Of a DNA stretch of 64,000 bases, positions 50,489-62,966 are shown one piece after another; within the stretch, counting starts at the first letter, position 1, and each line of letters opens with the position of its first letter. The notes beneath the pieces were generated by a model, which was not told where the DNA came from, searched no databases, and was given only the letters and a program-made list of their open reading frames with translations. Made by a program: the position numbers and the translations under genes. The stretch comes from Octopus vulgaris (Eukaryota), in the NCBI GenBank assembly GCA_951406725.2, contig OX597827.1, forward strand, positions 76,198,001 to 76,262,000, read 5' to 3'.

Positions 50489-52149
50489 ACATATCTAAAC
50501 ATACAAAAATTTAAATCACATAGAGCCAAACCTAATTGTTTTACATAATATATATATATATATACATACATATACAATGGGTTTCTTGTTTCATTATTGC
50601 CCACAAGGGGCTAAACACAGGGGGGACGAACAAATGGATTAAGTCGATTCCATCGACCCCAGTGCATAACTGGTACTTATTTAATCAACCTCGGTGGAAT
50701 TTGAACTCAGAACGTAACGGCAGACGAAATACGGCTACGCATTTCACCTGGTGTGCTAAAGATTTTGCCAGCTCGCCACTTTCTTTCAGTTTCTGTCAAC
50801 TCAAATCCACTCACAAAGCTTTTGTTGACCTGAAGCTATTGCAGAAGACACTTGCTCAAGGTGTCATGCAGTGGGACTGAACCTGGAACCATGTGATTAG
50901 GAGGCAAGCTTCTTACCATCAATATTTAAGCTTTTTTTAATTTGGAGGAAAGACAGGGTCCAGGACCCTTTAATGGGCTTATGGGACAGGTAGGAGGTAT
51001 CCCTGAACCAGAGATCTGATGTGACTGCAACAGAATGGAGCCTGTCGAAGGGACCATGGTGATGTTAAGTAGGGCAATGGATTAAGTCTACCACCCAAGT
51101 AGGCAATGGCAGGATTTGAACTCAAGAACATAAAGAGCTGGAACAAACACCACAAGGTCTCCAATCAGATCTACCGATTCATTGCCCTAGATTGGGACTT
51201 TCTGTTGATCCTGAAACTATGAAGGGTTGACTTTGGCAGGATTTGAACCTACAACACAGAGTCACAAATACAACAAGGCATTGTACTTGGCACTATCGGG
51301 TCCTGAGCTCTTTATTTGCTTAATATTATCATTTGGGTTAAGGTAGCAGGATGGACAAAATGCTTTGCAGCCTTTCATCTGTCTTTATATTGGGAGTTCA
51401 AATTCCGCTGAGGTCAACTTTGCCTTTCATTCTTTCGGGGTCAGTAAAAGAAATAAGAAATACCAGTTGAGCACTGGGGTCGATGTATTCAACTTATGAC
51501 CCTCCCCACAAAAATTGCTGGCCTTGTGTCAAAATTTGAAACCAATATTATCAATTGGGTTATTGTTATCAGACTTCATTCTGAAGTGATTACAATAAAC
51601 AGCTTCTTTTCACCAGTCTGATTACATTAACTTGACCCCTTCACTAACAATTGCTGACCTTTGTACCTGTATTACAAAACAGTGATGTCTTGTCTCAGTT
51701 CAGCCTCAATTCAACAGACCTACTACAAGCAAAGACTTTCAAGCCATGACCATCCAGTTTTAATTTTCAAGGTAGAATGTTTCCAGAAGTACACGGTATC
51801 CTGGATACACGTATTTCTTGTTTTCAAGGCAGTAGGGGGTAATTTGAAGAGAACTGGCTGTTATTTCTAGCAGGTTGTGGCAACCACATGATAGTTCCCA
51901 TGTTGACTCAAAGTTGTATTTTCCAAGCTGACATCTTATGACTCACATTTAATGATTCATGTAACAGCATCTAAAGGATTCACTTAACATTGCCTAGTGA
52001 CTCACATAACATTATCTAATGACTCGTGAAACATTTAATGATTCACAGATTATTATCTAATGACTTGCAGATCTAATAACCCATCTGTCTTTCTCTTTTT
52101 TTCTAAGTAGAGAGTAGTTTGACTTAAGTAGCACCCTTTTTTCTTTTTA

Positions 52150-52376
52150 AAGCCTAGCCAGGCTCATGGTCCTGGTTTCCATGGTGTATGTGTTCCCCAG
52201 CTGGACGGGATGCCAGTCCATTGCAGCGTTACTCATTTTTGCCAGCTGAGTGGACTGGAGCAACGTGAAATGAAGTGTTTTGCTTAAGAACACAACGCGT
52301 CACCCAGTCCAGGAATCGAAACCACAATTTTATGATCATGATACTGACACCCTAACCACTAAGCCACATGCCTCCA
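52150..52376 (-). mobile_element. tRNA-derived SINE family E (also ~19050-19188(-), ~5420-5540(+))
   Basis: Minus strand GGAGGCATGTGGCTTAGTGGTTAGGGTG...GGTTTCGATTCCTGGAC (A/B boxes). Confidence 0.8.
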
Positions 52377-53683
52377 CCAATCTTTAGTAGAGCTGAGTAT
52401 TTTTCAAAGAGATACCCACATAGGTTATCTAACTGCAGACATTCCAGCAGTGACCATCCTATCTTGTTTCCAAAAATAGTGAATCTAGTGATCCAATGTG
52501 TCCCTTTTTTTTTAAGACAGTAAAATGTAATTTGAGAGATTTGCTATTATTTCTAGCAGACCAAGAGACACCATAAGAGGTCACCATGTTGGCTCAGTAG
52601 ACTGTCCTTTGAACAATGGGTATTGTCCACAGATCTAGTTATTCCATCCAGCTGAGTATTACACTGTACTCAACATCCACTCAGCTGAAATGGCTACTAG
52701 CCTGAGTGTTGGTTCAGGCCTCTTTCCCTCCAACATCTGCTGGGTCAGGGGTTATGAAGCCAAAATGGTGTCTGTATCTTATTTCTTTATTGCCCATAAG
52801 GGACTAAACATAGAGGAGACAAACAAGGACAGACAAACGGATTAAGTTGATTATATCAATCCCAGTGCGTAACTGGTACTTAATTTATCGACCCCGAAAG
52901 GATGAAAGGCAAAGTCGACCTCGGTGGAATTTGAACTCAGAACCTAACGGCAGACAAAATACCGCTAAGCATTTCGCCCAGCATGCTAACATTTCTGCCA
53001 GCTCACCACCTTAAAATGGTGTCTGTATCTGTTCATAATTATTTAAACACCTAAAAAAATTAGCAAAAGCAGTCAAAGCCATCGGGTTACAAAGCTTGCT
53101 TCCCAAACACAAGATTTTGGGTTCAGTCCCACAGTGCTACACTTTGGGCAAGTATTTTTCATTATAGCCCTGGGCCAATCAAAGCCTTGTGAGTGGATTT
53201 GATATACAGAAACTGAAAGAAGCTCATCGTGTAATGATAGATAACTACATGTGTGTGTGTCTGTTTACATTTCTGCCTCTCTGAAAACTGCCGAGGTCCC
53301 AGCGGCGACATTGCTGTCATTCACCTGTCTGCCATCAACAAACCATTCACTGGATTTGTGCCTTTGAAGATGTGTGGAATAAGGGATCCTTTACTTGAAA
53401 GTATGTAAGGGTCAGCAACAAGGGCATCCAGTTGTACAAAAATACTTCAATAATATATTCCTCTAACCCATGCCAGCATGGAAGAATGGATGTAAAAATC
53501 AAATATAATTTTTTTTTAAAACATGGTACATGCTAGAAATAACAGCTAAATATCTTTCAAATCACATCATACCTTCTTGCAAATTCCAGATAAACCATTT
53601 CTCAAAAGAAAAAAAAAAAAGATGGTCACAATCAAAACAGCCATGACCATCTTTGATCAGTGGTTGGTAGAATTGATCTAGGC

Positions 53684-54007
53684 CAGTTGTTCTCAACCAT
53701 TTTTTTATCTATGAACCCCTTTGGTTACTATTTTACTCTGGTGGAACCCCCAGAGCCATTCACTAGTTTTCTAGATACTTCTTTCAAAATTTCCATTTCG
53801 TTTCCCACCCATTCACTTGTGTAGGTCGAACTATGCAAAATGCCAGAGAAACAAACCCGGCAGTTTCTTGCAATAAAGCAAAATTTTATCCATGGACCCT
53901 TAAAATACTACTACAGATCTTCAATTTACAATTTTGCATGCATGGATAACACCCCAATCACTTATGGACTCCCAGGGGGTCATGTGAACCTTGCTTGAGA
54001 AACACTG
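53684..54007. mobile_element. hAT-like MITE (3' half also at ~25045-25214)
   Basis: CAGTTGTTCTCAAC ... TTGAGAAACACTG; imperfect TSD ATCTAGGC/ATCTAGAT. Confidence 0.75.
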
Positions 54008-54035
54008 ATCTAGATCAACATGTATGCAAACACAC

Positions 54036-54037
<2 letters not shown>

Positions 54038-54098
<61 letters not shown>

Positions 54099-54099
54099 T

Positions 54100-54153
<54 letters not shown>

Positions 54154-54659
54154 ATATATATATATTAAATATTATATATATATATATATATATATTAAAT
54201 ATTATATATATATATTATAATATATATATATATTAAATATTATATATATATATATATATATATTAAATATTATATATATATATTATAATATATATATATA
54301 TTAAATATTATATTATATATATATATATATATTAAATATATATATATATATATTATAATATATATATATATTAAATATTATATTATATATATATATATAT
54401 ATTAAATATTATATATATATATATTATAATATATATATATATTAAATATTATATTATATATATATATATATATTAAATATATATATATATATATATTATA
54501 TTATATATATATATTAAATATTATATTATATATATATATAATATATATATTATATATATAATATATATATATATTATATAATATATATATATATTATATA
54601 TATATATATATATTATATAATATATATTATAATATATATATATATTATATATATATATA
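54038..54659. repeat. ~620-bp tract made only of A/T, with higher-order TATTAAATATTAT(AT)n units
   Basis: Direct inspection. Confidence 0.95.
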
Positions 54660-55234
54660 CACATTTATATGTTTGGTGATACAAATAGGAAAATAGAACT
54701 CAAAACATGAGTATACGTACATATATATATTTTTTTGTAATTATTAATAATCAGTAGAAGTAAGAAGAACATCTCTAAAGCCAAGAGTTTTTCATGTATT
54801 GGCACTTATTAAACTCTGATAAATGCCAATACACAAAACCCGCAGCCCTCGTGTCACTCTGTAAATTCTGCCAATTATTAATAATAGAAAAAGGAAATAT
54901 ATATGTACGTATGTAAAGAGACATTATCAGTGGTTTGTCAGTTTTAATGCTGGTAAAATGGTGCTGTACCCAGTGGGGGAGGAGCCACTGGGTATCAGAC
55001 TTTATTGACTGGAGACATATACAATGGTGAAATCATTACAATGGGTCGATTAAGGGTGGGTTTGTTTTTATACAGAGTTGAGTTGTTTATGTTGTAGACA
55101 TTAGGACAGCCGAGCCACGGGGGTCGTGGCCGGGCATAGCTGGCTGGCTGGGGTGGTTAGCTACCAACATTCAATGATGTAGTAGTTTACTGTCAGATTT
55201 GAGAAGCCTCACAAAGGGCAGGCTGGGTTGTCAG

Positions 55235-56596
55235 TTAGTGCATTAAGGTTTGAATGCTGTGTACTGCTTCCTGGTTCTCACACTTCCTCTGTCCGATGCT
55301 GTAGGACGGCACGCTGAGGGTGTTACCCCAGTTTGTAGTCCACGTGGACGTCATGGGGGGAACGTTTCTCTTCCAGTTGAAGTTGTTCAAAGCTGACATC
55401 TGGTGAGAGCAGGCGGTGGCCATGGGAGGAGAGTTGAGGGTGAGCGGTGGGAGCTGTGGCAGATGTGGCAAGTGAGAGGGCATCCTTTGGTGTGAACATG
55501 CAGCTGGTGTTGGTATCATAGACGAAGACTGCACCGAAGTTGGTGCAGATGCAACCAGTGTGGTGACAGCGTGGTTCCCTGCGTGACACTGGCTGTGTTT
55601 ATCAACGTTGCATCGTTGAGGTGGCAGTGGTGGTGGTGGTGCAGCCGCAGCAGCCATGGTGTAATCTTTGTCGCATTTGTTCATCTTGTTCTCCTCTGTA
55701 CCCATGGCACTGGCTATGTGTGTGCGCTGGTGCAACTTCAGCTTGTCGTTGCGAGAGAATGCACGGCGGCATATTTCGCAACTGTAAGGCTTCTGTCCTG
55801 AATGCGTAAACTCATGCAGTTTTAGCTTGTCCTTGCGAGAGAAGGACTTTGAGCAGAGCGAACAACTAAATGGCTTTTCCCCACTGTGTGTGAATTCATG
55901 AATTTTCATCTTGTCCTTACGAGAGAAAGCTTTCTGACAAATCCCACAGCTAAATGGTTTCTCCCCTGTGTGTGATCTCTCATGAATTTTCAGCTTGTCA
56001 TTGCGTGAAAAACACCGTTGACAAACGGGGCACTCAAATGGTTTTTCACCCGTGTGCGACCGCTGATGCAGCTTTAACTTGTCGTTGCGAGAGAACGCGC
56101 GACGACAAATTAAGCATTCAAAAGGCCGCTCTCCTGTGTGAGAACGGGTGTGTATTTTAAGTTTATCGTTTCTAGAGAAGGCTTTGTGGCATATAGTACA
56201 CTGAAAGGGTTTGCTGCCGGTGTGGGTCAGTTGATGGATCTTCAACTTATCTTTCTGAGCAAAAGCCATATCACAAAGCTCACAAGGGAAGGGTCTCTCA
56301 CCGGTGTGAGTACGTTCGTGATTACGCAGTTTGTCACGCTCCGGGAAAGCTTTACCGCAAAACATACATGTGAAATGTTTGCCGGCCTCAGGAGCCATTT
56401 CATGTTTCTTCAGGTAGGCTCTTAATGCAAACCGCTTACGGCAGATGTTGCATTTATAGGGCTTCTTTTCAATATACCTCTGCTTATAACTGAGGTAGGA
56501 GGGAGTGATGCCGACCTGAGAGTACGCTAAACTACAGGCATGGTAGTTCACATGGTTTGTAATGGGAGGGTATTGTACAGCTGAATTAGAACACAT
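55235..56596 (-). CDS. C2H2 zinc-finger protein (453 aa): 1 degenerate + 8 intact fingers, Pro/Ala/His-rich C-terminus
   Basis: Intact ORF; fingers at 55718-56458 with TGEKP/TGERP linkers; start context TTCAAGATG. Confidence 0.93.
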   Translation of the reverse strand: MCSNSAVQYPPITNHVNYHACSLAYSQVGITPSYLSYKQRYIEKKPYKCNICRKRFALRAYLKKHEMAPEAGKHFTCMFCGKAFPERDKLRNHERTHTGERPFPCELCDMAFAQKDKLKIHQLTHTGSKPFQCTICHKAFSRNDKLKIHTRSHTGERPFECLICRRAFSRNDKLKLHQRSHTGEKPFECPVCQRCFSRNDKLKIHERSHTGEKPFSCGICQKAFSRKDKMKIHEFTHSGEKPFSCSLCSKSFSRKDKLKLHEFTHSGQKPYSCEICRRAFSRNDKLKLHQRTHIASAMGTEENKMNKCDKDYTMAAAAAPPPPLPPQRCNVDKHSQCHAGNHAVTTLVASAPTSVQSSSMIPTPAACSHQRMPSHLPHLPQLPPLTLNSPPMATACSHQMSALNNFNWKRNVPPMTSTWTTNWGNTLSVPSYSIGQRKCENQEAVHSIQTLMH

Positions 56597-59500
56597 CTTG
56601 AAGAAGAGATAGGAGAACTCTGCCCTTAGTTAAATAGCCTAAAATACCTTATTTATGATTACAGAATTATTAATTATAATTAAAACAATCCTTTTATTTT
56701 ATTCAGTTTAGTTCTGGGTTTTCTTAATATATACTGGCTTTTAAAAAAAAAAATATGTCACTTTTACTCAGACATAATTGTGAGTTAATAAATTAATATA
56801 TATGTGATATTTCCTGTTGTCTTTCAAAAGCAGGAAGATCCCAGCGAATATAAAACTGGAAACTCTTAAGATTGTCTTCAGTAAATTTTCTTTTAACTTA
56901 AAGACAAATATGGAATTATCTAACTATTTTAATCAATGACTTCTATTGCCTTGAACTGACACTAACACAAGAGGCTTCTGTGACAGGAATCACTGTTGTC
57001 CTTCTGAAGACAAGATCTCAGAAATGTAACAGAGATAGGACGTTTTGCTCGGCTGTCAATTACTCTTGACAAGTAATGATTCTGGCAGCAAACTATGAAT
57101 GTATCTTACTGTTGAGGATATTAATGATAATAATAAGTGTCTTACCAAGGGACGGGTAAACCTTGGGTTTGCGTTGTGGCCAAGGGCACCATATACTGAC
57201 CCTGTTGTAGGTTACTAATACTAATAAAGGTAATTTGCTTTTTTCTTCCTTCAGTAGGTAGACGGCCACATTTAGTAGGGAAGGAGCATATACAGCTGAA
57301 CTCTAGTATATGTTACTGGTGGTTGTTTGATCGACCGTGGAGGGATGAAAGGCAACGTTGCTCCCTGTAGCCAGGTATGAACTGAACTCGGAGACAGCGA
57401 GACACTGAGCTGGATACAATTAAAGCATCTAAGTTGACTTACTAACACCTGCACCAGTTGCACTACTTACAGAATAATACTAGTAGCAGTAGTAGTAGTA
57501 ACAGGTTTCAGTCAACAAAAACAAAATTTAATTAACAATTAAAAAAAAAAAACACCGCAAAAAAAAAAGAAACGAAACTGTGTGTGTGTCAGTGTTTAGG
57601 GGTGGGTCGTTAAAAGAAGAAGCCTTAACTTGACGAGACAAACTAAAAATAATTGCTAATACGAACCTTTCTTTCCCCAGGGACGACTTTTAAGAGGATG
57701 GTGGGGGGAAGGAGAGAGATCAGATTAGGTGCACTTAGTGTAGTGTTTGTTATTATTGTTGCAGTTGCTGATGTTCTTAACTGCACTCAGCAAAGAAACC
57801 TCAACAAAATAAAGGAATATATTATGTGTGTGAATGTGCCTATATATATATATATAAATAAGGATAAGATCGTTAATTTAAAAATAAAATAACGATTTTA
57901 TCAAGGGGTCAGCATGGAAAAAATAACCTTCAAAGGTAATAATTATTAAAAATTATAAATTACGGTATCAATTAAGGTGGTTTTAGAGTCAGATCATGGC
58001 TGCTATTTTCAGCATGGTGGTATCTCGTAGATACCCTAATTTATAATTTTATATATATATATATATATTATATATACACACACACGCACCTAATTTGCAG
58101 TTTATTTGTTAGATCCCCTGAGTGTTGTTGTTGGGTTTGACAACTGAAGTTCAGGTGAGGTTGTTAGACCCTATTTTCAGGATGTTGGCCTCATGCCAGG
58201 GCAGCAGCAGCAAACACAGATCTGTCAAGCGCATAGCAACAGGGACTGCTTTAGTTCTCACAGAACAATGACATTTCTGAAAGTGTGTTCACAGAGTCTC
58301 TACTTCGCTTTCGACACAACACACGTCTGCTGGTAGGGAGTTAACGAGGCCCCTAATTTTGTTTTAATACCACACATCGGTTAGAAATATGTCGACAGGG
58401 TGGCCGATTGCAAACATTTATGAAATTTTGTGACAATATTGTTCGTGTTCTCATGCAATATTGTCATCATCTTTCGTTAACAATTATCCTAGATTATTAA
58501 AGAATAGTTCATTCTTTAACAGAACAGTGAATAATAATAATAATAATAAAAACAGGTAAGGGAGATGGAAGGGGGTTGTCAATAGCCAAGTCTTGGCTGA
58601 TTGGGTTTTTGTATTTTATTGAGCCCGGCAAAATCGGTTTGTCATCGTGTGTTCTCACGCAATGACAAGTTAAATAATAATGATAATGATAACAATATCA
58701 TCAATTATCTGGCCTACAATATTAAATAATAATAAGTTCTTAAATAATAATAATAATAATTCCTTAAATAATAATAATGATGATGATGATGATGCAGTGT
58801 TTGATGTGGTGTGTAATAGTATTGATGTTTGTTAAAATAACATTATTACCATGGGAGTATCATTATTTGTAGAGGTTTATATGACAGACCTGGTGTTATT
58901 GTCTCAAAGATATTGTTTAACAGAAGCTGATATCTCTGCAATCAGTGCTGTGGATGGACATCGAGACACAGGGCAGACTATATCTAAAATTGTTATCATA
59001 TGGAACAATAACTGTTTCGGTGTTTGCTGATAGTGATATCACAGCTAGTGTGACCGTTCAAAAGAGAGTAAAATTGATGGTGCTTTCAGAGACCATTACG
59101 GACTAATTACAAAGTAAATAGAATGGTTAACACCACTGCAGTTTAGTCAATTTAGTTTACGTTACTGCAATTATATTCAATATCAATGGATATTGTTAGC
59201 ATCATAATTAATTACTTTTTACAATTTGGATGGATGGTTCGTTATAGAAAATCTGTATGTTACACTCTCTTGCTCTCTATATATATATATATCTATATCT
59301 ATCTATATATATATATAAGTTGTATGTATAGTTATAATACAGCTGATATTGATGATGTCAGCACGATAGAGCAATTTATTTGTTAATTAAAACGGAGCCA
59401 CTTCTCACAATTAAACATGCTAATAGCTAATACTGCAATATCAAGCTCATTAGCTCGTTACCTAAACAAAGAGGTAGCAAGAAAATAGGAGAATATATTA

Positions 59501-59935
59501 ATTAAATAACAAATCCCCAACCACTGCCATCATAATTATTATTGTTATTATTATTCAATTATTATTATTGTTGTTGTTGTAACTGTTGTTTTTGTATTAT
59601 TTTGTGTTGTTATTGTTGCTGTTGGGATATAAATAAAACTTGGGCGCAACTGAAGTGTTGCGCTGTGGCCAGAAAGACTTTACCCCGCAAGCCAAGGTGT
59701 CATCATGAACCAGTAAGGGACTAGAAGGATGTGATCACCAGAGGGCACGCCTGGCTCCCCATCCCCTCTGTGTTAATACACAGACAACACTGAATAGCCA
59801 CCATGTTAGTTGTTCGCCTTCAATGATCAGCCGTGAATCATGGCCTTCTTTGGTCTTTCATATCTCCCGCCGAGTTGGACATCACACTGTTGCCATCTGC
59901 AAGGAAGAAAGAAAGAGGAGGAAAAATTAAACCAG

Positions 59936-61128
59936 GAAAAGAAGAAGGAGGAGAAGAGGATGAAGAAGAAGAAAAGGAAGTGGAAGAAATGGAAGAAGAC
60001 GAAGAAGAAGAAGAAGAAGAAAAGGAAGAAGTGGAAGAAGAAGGAGAACAAGAAGAAGAAAAGGAAGAAGAAAAGGAAGAAGTGGAAGAAGGAAAGCAAG
60101 AAGAAGAAGAAGAAGAAAAGGAAGAAGTGGAAGAAGAAGGAGAGCAAGAAGAAGAAAAGGAAGAAGAAGAAGAAAAGGAAGAAATGGAAGAAGAAGAAGA
60201 AAAGGAAGAAGTGGAAGAAGAAGGAAAGCAAGAAGAAGAAAAGGAAGAAGAAGAAGAAGAAGAAGAAGAAGAAGAAAGCAAGAAGAAGAAGAAAAGGAAG
60301 AAGTGGAAGAAGAAGGAAAGCAAGAAGAAGAAGAAGAAGAAGAAGAAAAGGAAGAAGTGGAAGAAGAAGGAAAGCAAGAAGAAGAAAAGGAAGAAGTGGA
60401 AGAAGAAGGAAAGCAAGAAGAAGAAAAGGAAGAAGTGGAAGAAGGAAAGCAAGAAGAAGAAGAAGAAAAGGAAGAAGTGGAAGAAGAAGGAGAGCAAGAA
60501 GAAGAAAAGGAAGAAGAAAAGGAAGAAGTGGAAGAAGGAGAGCAAGAAGAAGAAAAGGAAGAAGAAGAAGAAAAGGAAGAAGTGGAAGAAGGAAAGCAAG
60601 AAGAAGAAATGGAAGAAATGGAAGAAGAAGAAGAAGTGGAAGAAGAAGGAAAGCAAGAAGAAGAAAAGGAAGAAGAAGAAGAAGAAGAAGAAAAGGAAGA
60701 AGTGGAAGAAGAAGGAAAGCAAGAAGAAGAAAAGGAAGAAGTGGAAGAAGAAAGAAAGCAAGAAGAAGAAAAGGAAGAAATGGAAGAAGAAGAAGAAGAA
60801 AAGGAAGAAGTGGAAGAAGAAGGAAAGCAAGAAGAAGAAAAGGAAGAAGAAGAAGAAGAAGAAGAAGAAGTGGAAGAAGAAAAGCAAGAAGAAGAAAAGG
60901 AAGAAGAAGAAAAAAAAAGGAAGAAGTGGAAGAAGGAAAGCAAGAAGAAGAAAAGGAAGAAGAGGAAGAAGAAGAAGAAGAAAAAAGGAAGAAGTGGAAG
61001 AAGAAGGAAAGCAAGAAGAAGAAAAGGAAGAAGAAGAAGAAGTGGAAGAAGACGGAAAGCAAGAAGAAGAAAAGGAAGAAGTGGAAGAAGAAAAGCAAGA
61101 AGAAGAGGAAGAAAAGCAAGAAGAAGGG
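59936..61128 (+). repeat. Purine-strand GAA-based higher-order minisatellite (~39-nt core GAAAAGGAAGAAGTGGAAGAAGAAGGAAAGCAAGAAGAA)
   Basis: Direct inspection. Confidence 0.95.
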
Positions 61129-61694
61129 TAGAGCAAATCTCAAATACAGACTTGTATAAAAGTATAATTGTAAACACACACACACACTTGCTTACATCCA
61201 TATCAATTATTATTTTGGTAACCCTCTTTCCATGATTGGATTGGGTCGGATTAAATTGAGACAGATTTTCTATGGCCAGATGGCCTTTCTGTTGCCAATC
61301 GTCACCTCTTTCAAAAAATATTGGAAACGGATGCTGGTGTTGCATAAAAAGCAGCCGTGCTGGGGCCACGTAAAAGACACCTGTGCCGGCACCACATAAG
61401 AAAGTTCTAGTGGAAGTCACTTGCCCAAAGTTCCACCAAGCAGGACTGAACATGAACCCATGCGGCTGTGAAGCAACCTTTCAACTCCAGAAGGGCATCT
61501 GGCTGTAAAATCCCTGTCCTTAATATATTCCCCTCACCCATGACTGAACATTGAGAGATTGTCTTAGCCCGTTTGCATTCGGATGGCTGATATCTGTAGT
61601 TATTATCAGTGTACTTTGGCGATTTAAATAAGAGTTTTGACTGTTATTTCCAGCAAGCAGACATACTTAATATGTTCTTTGATTAATTTTAATC

Positions 61695-61744
<50 letters not shown>

Positions 61745-62560
61745 ATATATTGCCTCACAGGTGTCTGTGTTGGTGACACGTAAAAAGCACCAACCGATCG
61801 TGGCTGTTTGCCAGCCTCGCCTCGCCCCTGTGCCAGTGGCATGTAAAAAGCACCCACTACACTCATAGAGTGGCTAGCATGGAAAGCGGACGTTAAATGA
61901 TGATGATGATATATATATCTGGGACAGGGGACCCGGACTTATGGCAATTTGACAAGGGACCATGACTTGTGGCAATTTGCAGTACTTGAGAAGACATGTC
62001 AAGCTAAGCAAAATTGCGACCATCCATACATACTGGCATGTCCTTTACGCCCGTGGCCCCATGCCCTCTCCCAGGTGAGAGGTCTTGTCTTGTAGATGTC
62101 AGTGCTACGTAAGTGCACCCAGCACACTCTTTAAACTGATTGGCTTTAGGAAGGGCATCTGGCCATAGAAACCAAACCGAAATAGACAGAAGCAACATCT
62201 ACTGAACAGTATTATTACATGGAACTATGGCATTATTAAAAGAAAACATCAAACAATACAGGTTTAAGTTTATGGCAGAGAAAAGAAATGAAGTTGTACA
62301 TCAACCATTACTATGGGAACCAGTAAGAGACAAAAGAAGAAGAGGCGGAGGTTGCTGAACATCTGTACAACAGTTGCTGGAGGATGGATACAAACCTTGT
62401 AAGAAATGTGGGTTGCAGGGGTGGTAAGGGACAGGGAAGTGTGAGGGAGACTGGTCAGTGGGATCCAAATGCATTCAACATGACACACACATACATATAT
62501 ATATACATACAAACACACACACCTACTAGATTTTCAGGTAATCACATAGGGTCATATATA

Positions 62561-62966
62561 CTCTTTTACTCTTTACTCTTTTACTTGTTTCAGTCATTTG
62601 ACTGTGGCCATGCTGGAGCACCGCCTTTAATCGAGCAACTTGACCTCGGGACTTATTCTTTTGTAAGCCCAGTACTTATTCTATCGGTCTCTTTTGCCGA
62701 ACCGCTAAGTAACGGGGACATAAACACACCAGCATCGGTTGTCAAGCAATGCTAGGGGGACAAACACAGACACGCATATATATATATATATATATATACA
62801 TATATACGACGGGCTTCTTTCAGTTTCCATCTACCAAATCCACTCACAAGGCTTTGGTTGGCCCGAGGCTATAGTAGAAGACACTTGCCCAAGGTGCCAC
62901 GCAGTGGGACTGAACCCGGAACCATGTGGTTGGTAAGCAAGCTACTTACCACACAGCCACTCCTGC
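62561..62966 (-). mobile_element. SINE family A, full length, reverse orientation
   Basis: Reverse complement of family A. Confidence 0.9.

Noticed and set aside
57004-57145. Possible 5' UTR intron of ZNF3 (minus-strand GTAAG at 57145, TCTTCAG at 57004)
   Set aside because: Signals plausible but no clear upstream exon or acceptor; needs transcript data
59827-61453. Minus-strand Phe/Leu/Ser-rich and plus-strand Lys/Arg-rich ORFs of 430-508 aa
   Set aside because: Alternative frames of the GAA repeat; no complexity or domain
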